DNA from: an uncultured Clostridia bacterium
Lineage (GTDB): Bacteria; Bacillota; Clostridia; Christensenellales; CAG-314
Length of the DNA stretch: 64,000 nt
Direction: 5' to 3'
NCBI GenBank assembly: GCA_947630455.1
Contig: CANRHP010000001.1
Location: 25,651-89,650 of the forward strand
Shown: in pieces, positions 61,631 through 64,000 of the stretch
How the letters are laid out: every line of letters starts with the position of its first letter
Numbering within the stretch: position 1 is the stretch's first letter
The notes under the pieces: model-generated
Seen by the model: only the letters and a program-made list of their open reading frames with translations
The model's database searches: none
What the model was told of the DNA's origin: nothing
Made by a program: the position numbers and the translations under genes

Positions 61631-64000
61631 CTACCTGGAACGTCTCCAATCGTAATAGACATAAGTCGAGGTAAGATATGTCGCGTTTTGAATCGGGTCG
61701 GTGAGCGTCAATGATGTACTACCTGCTTTCCAACCCATGGGATTTTCAAACACAACGCTCCGCAGTCTGCCGCAATCATCGAAAGCCTCAGCGCCTATGC
61801 TTATCACGCTGCTCGGAATAGTTATCGATGTCAAACTGCTGCAACCTGAAAAAGCAGACCAGTATATACTTGTGACGCTGCCGTCACTCGGTATCAAGGA
61901 GTTTTTGCAACCGACAACAAGCGTTTTTGATTGTGTTTCTATGATACAGTTGCCTTCGCTGTGGTAAACTGTATTGCCGAGTTCAACATCTAAGGTTTCA
62001 AGACCGCTGCAACCGGCGAAAGCACTATAACCGATGCTTGTGACGCTGCTCGGAATAGTTATCGATGTCAAACCGCTGCAACCGGAGAAAGCAGAATTAC
62101 CTATGCTTGTGACGCTGCTCGGAATAGTTATCGATGTCAAACCGCTGCAACCTGAAAAAGCATACCAGTATATACTTGTGACGCTGCCGTCACTCGGTAT
62201 CAAGGAGTTTTTGCAACCGACAACAAGCGTTTTTGATTGTGTTTCTATGATACAGTTGCCTTCGCTGTGGTAAACTGTATTGCCGAGTTCAACATCTAAG
62301 GCTTCAAGACCGCTGCAACCGGAGAAAGCAGAATTACCTATGCTTGTGACGCTGCTCGGAATAGTTATCGATGTCAAACTGCTGCAACCTGAAAAAGCCC
62401 CTCCGCCTATGCTTTGCAGTTGGCTGTTTCCTTCAAATGTTACTGTTTGCAATTTACTGCAATTTCTGAAAGCACTATTATTTATGCTTGTGACTCCGCT
62501 CGGAATTGAAATAGATGTCAGACTGCTGCAACCTGAGAAAGCATCATCGACTATGCTTTGCAGTTGGCTGTTACCTTCGAATGTTACTGTCTGTAAACTG
62601 ATGCAACCTCCGAAAGCATAACCGCCTATGCTTGTAACGCCGCTTGGAATTGTGATAGACGTTAGACTGCTGCAATCCCCGAAAGCCCAAATGCCAATGC
62701 TTGTAACGCTGCCGTCACTCGGTATCGAAGAATTTTTGCAACCCGCAACAAGCGTTTTTGATTGTGTTTCTATGATACAGTTGCCTTCACTGTGGTAAAC
62801 CGTATTGCGGGGCTCAACCTTCAAAGATTCAATACTGGCGCAACGCGTGAAAACCCCATTGCCTATGCTTGTAACGCTGCTTGGAATGGTAATGGAAGTC
62901 AGACTGTCGCAACCTGAGAAAGCAAAACTACCTATGCGTATGACGCTGCTCGGAATTGTGATCGATATCAGCCTGCTGCAACCTGAGAAAGCATAATCGT
63001 CTATGCTTTGCAAGTGGCTGTCTCCCTCAAATGTTACCGTTTGCAAACTGCTGCAATTCGAGAAAGCATAATTGCCTATGCTTGTGACGCTGCTCGGAAT
63101 TATGATTGATGTCAGATTGCTGCAATCCCGGAAAGCATCCGAACAAATTATTTTTGTTGTACTTTCAATGATTGCCGAATAGCTTTGTCCACTAACCAAC
63201 ACCATAAATTTATTTTCTTCATTACCTAAATAGCTGATACCGTTAGACACATTATACTTCAAACTGCTACAGTTATCGAAAGCCAAACGGCCTATGCTTT
63301 GCAGTTGGCTGTCTCCTTCAAATATTACCGTTTGCAAGCTAATACAATCGGAGAAAGCACGGATGCCTATGCTCGTGACATCGCTCGGAATTGTGATAGA
63401 CGTTAGACTTCTGCAATCGGAGAAAGCTTGGTAGCCTATGCTTGTAACGGGCAAGCCATTGTATTCAGCCAATATGATCACATCGCTTGTTGTTGCATTT
63501 TTGCAATCGGAAACATAATAGCTTTGACCGTCGTCGGCAAGAGTGTACACCACGCCTTGGGGATCAGGTTGAACATAACCGCAAATATCGCATATGTCGT
63601 CATTGCCAAAGCTGTGCGCAGATAGTTCACTCTTTACATCATGGTCACAGGTGGAGGCGTGCCAATGCTCGGAACCATTCCAAGTCCAAGCTTCGGCAAA
63701 GCTGTGAATATGTTCCGTCTTAGGTATGACTTCAACCTGTTTGTAGCCGCAAACGGAACAAATGCGCTGCTGTGAACCCTCTTTATATTCCGTTGGCGAT
63801 TGAGTCACCTGCCAACTGCCAAAGCTGTGCGCGGACAATTCGCTCGTCACTGCGTGACCACAAAGAGAGTCGTGCCAATGCTCGGAGTCGTTATATGTCC
63901 ATTCTTTGGAAAAGGTGTGGGTGTGTTGTTGTCCGGCGCTTCCGCCAGTGCTTCCACCGGTGCTTCCACCGGTTCCACTACCTGTCCCTGTGCCACTACC
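61631..64000 (-). CDS. BspA-type leucine-rich-repeat surface protein, N-terminus outside window
   Basis: The frame stays open to position 64000 (GSGTGTGSGTGGSTGGSTGGSAG linker, then two His/Cys modules). The track start at 63850 is an internal GTG. Same LRR units and C-terminal tail as the downstream paralog. Confidence 0.85.
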   Translation of the reverse strand, partial: GSGTGTGSGTGGSTGGSTGGSAGQQHTHTFSKEWTYNDSEHWHDSLCGHAVTSELSAHSFGSWQVTQSPTEYKEGSQQRICSVCGYKQVEVIPKTEHIHSFAEAWTWNGSEHWHASTCDHDVKSELSAHSFGNDDICDICGYVQPDPQGVVYTLADDGQSYYVSDCKNATTSDVIILAEYNGLPVTSIGYQAFSDCRSLTSITIPSDVTSIGIRAFSDCISLQTVIFEGDSQLQSIGRLAFDNCSSLKYNVSNGISYLGNEENKFMVLVSGQSYSAIIESTTKIICSDAFRDCSNLTSIIIPSSVTSIGNYAFSNCSSLQTVTFEGDSHLQSIDDYAFSGCSRLISITIPSSVIRIGSFAFSGCDSLTSITIPSSVTSIGNGVFTRCASIESLKVEPRNTVYHSEGNCIIETQSKTLVAGCKNSSIPSDGSVTSIGIWAFGDCSSLTSITIPSGVTSIGGYAFGGCISLQTVTFEGNSQLQSIVDDAFSGCSSLTSISIPSGVTSINNSAFRNCSKLQTVTFEGNSQLQSIGGGAFSGCSSLTSITIPSSVTSIGNSAFSGCSGLEALDVELGNTVYHSEGNCIIETQSKTLVVGCKNSLIPSDGSVTSIYWYAFSGCSGLTSITIPSSVTSIGNSAFSGCSGLTSITIPSSVTSIGYSAFAGCSGLETLDVELGNTVYHSEGNCIIETQSKTLVVGCKNSLIPSDGSVTSIYWSAFSGCSSLTSITIPSSVISIGAEAFDDCGRLRSVVFENPMGWKAGSTSLTLTDPIQNATYLTSTYVYYDWRRSR
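61859..62301 (-). repeat. 306-bp-offset near-perfect intragenic direct repeat
   Basis: 61859-61995 recurs at 62165-62301, identical by my reading. Flanks stay over 95% similar for about 40 nt on each side. Encodes a duplicated 44-aa block. Confidence 0.8.

Noticed and set aside
58899-64000. The periodic ~69-bp near-identical repeats could be taken for a CRISPR array or a satellite.
   Set aside because: The period is a multiple of 3, and the repeats lie in one long open frame encoding LRR units. The 'spacers' are also conserved coding sequence. There are no cas genes.

Overview
This 64-kb window is a chromosomal segment of a low-GC Gram-positive bacterium (Bacillota, probably Clostridia). I infer that from B. 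subtilis-like gene order, a CIRCE operator, a T-box leader, CdaA and DivIVA. It holds about 55 protein genes, nearly all on the minus strand.

Left third (2.2-23.4 kb): a tightly coupled housekeeping block.
- yicC-gmk-rpoZ-coaBC-priA-def-fmt-rsmB-rlmN-rsgA-rpe, with one promoter and 1-11 nt overlaps or short gaps.
- pcrA-ligA, then flavin reductase-yigZ-tyrS, an ABC exporter pair, and rarA.

Middle:
- Two tandem DUF2974 (Mbeg1-like) hydrolase paralogs, then lysR-ppa.
- hemW and lepA, separated by a decayed kinase-like pseudogene.
- A GDPD gene, two flavoproteins, an aspartokinase-like gene, meso-DAP dehydrogenase, cdaA, a dCMP deaminase, and groESL behind a CIRCE.

Right:
- A small accessory operon with two homopolymer-frameshifted genes, and an ArsP_2-type permease.
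- An lgt(extended)-pncB-divIVA operon, a solitary mazF, and a cysteine-peptidase remnant.
- valS behind a T-box leader, and two tandem BspA-type LRR surface-protein genes built from near-identical DNA cassettes.

I recognised no rRNA, tRNA, CRISPR array, transposase or integrase. I did not find a convincing new multi-gene system.

The items most worth a second look are:
- the recombining LRR locus with an unnamed His/Cys module;
- a 480-bp helix-rich ORF-free gap after groEL;
- three genes with identical leaderless-type promoter geometry;
- mazF without an antitoxin;
- Lgt with a 4-TM split-Cys4 extension;
- gene decay confined to accessory genes.

Coordinates I derived by hand (start refinements, hairpins, promoters, homopolymer runs) may be off by 1-2 nt.
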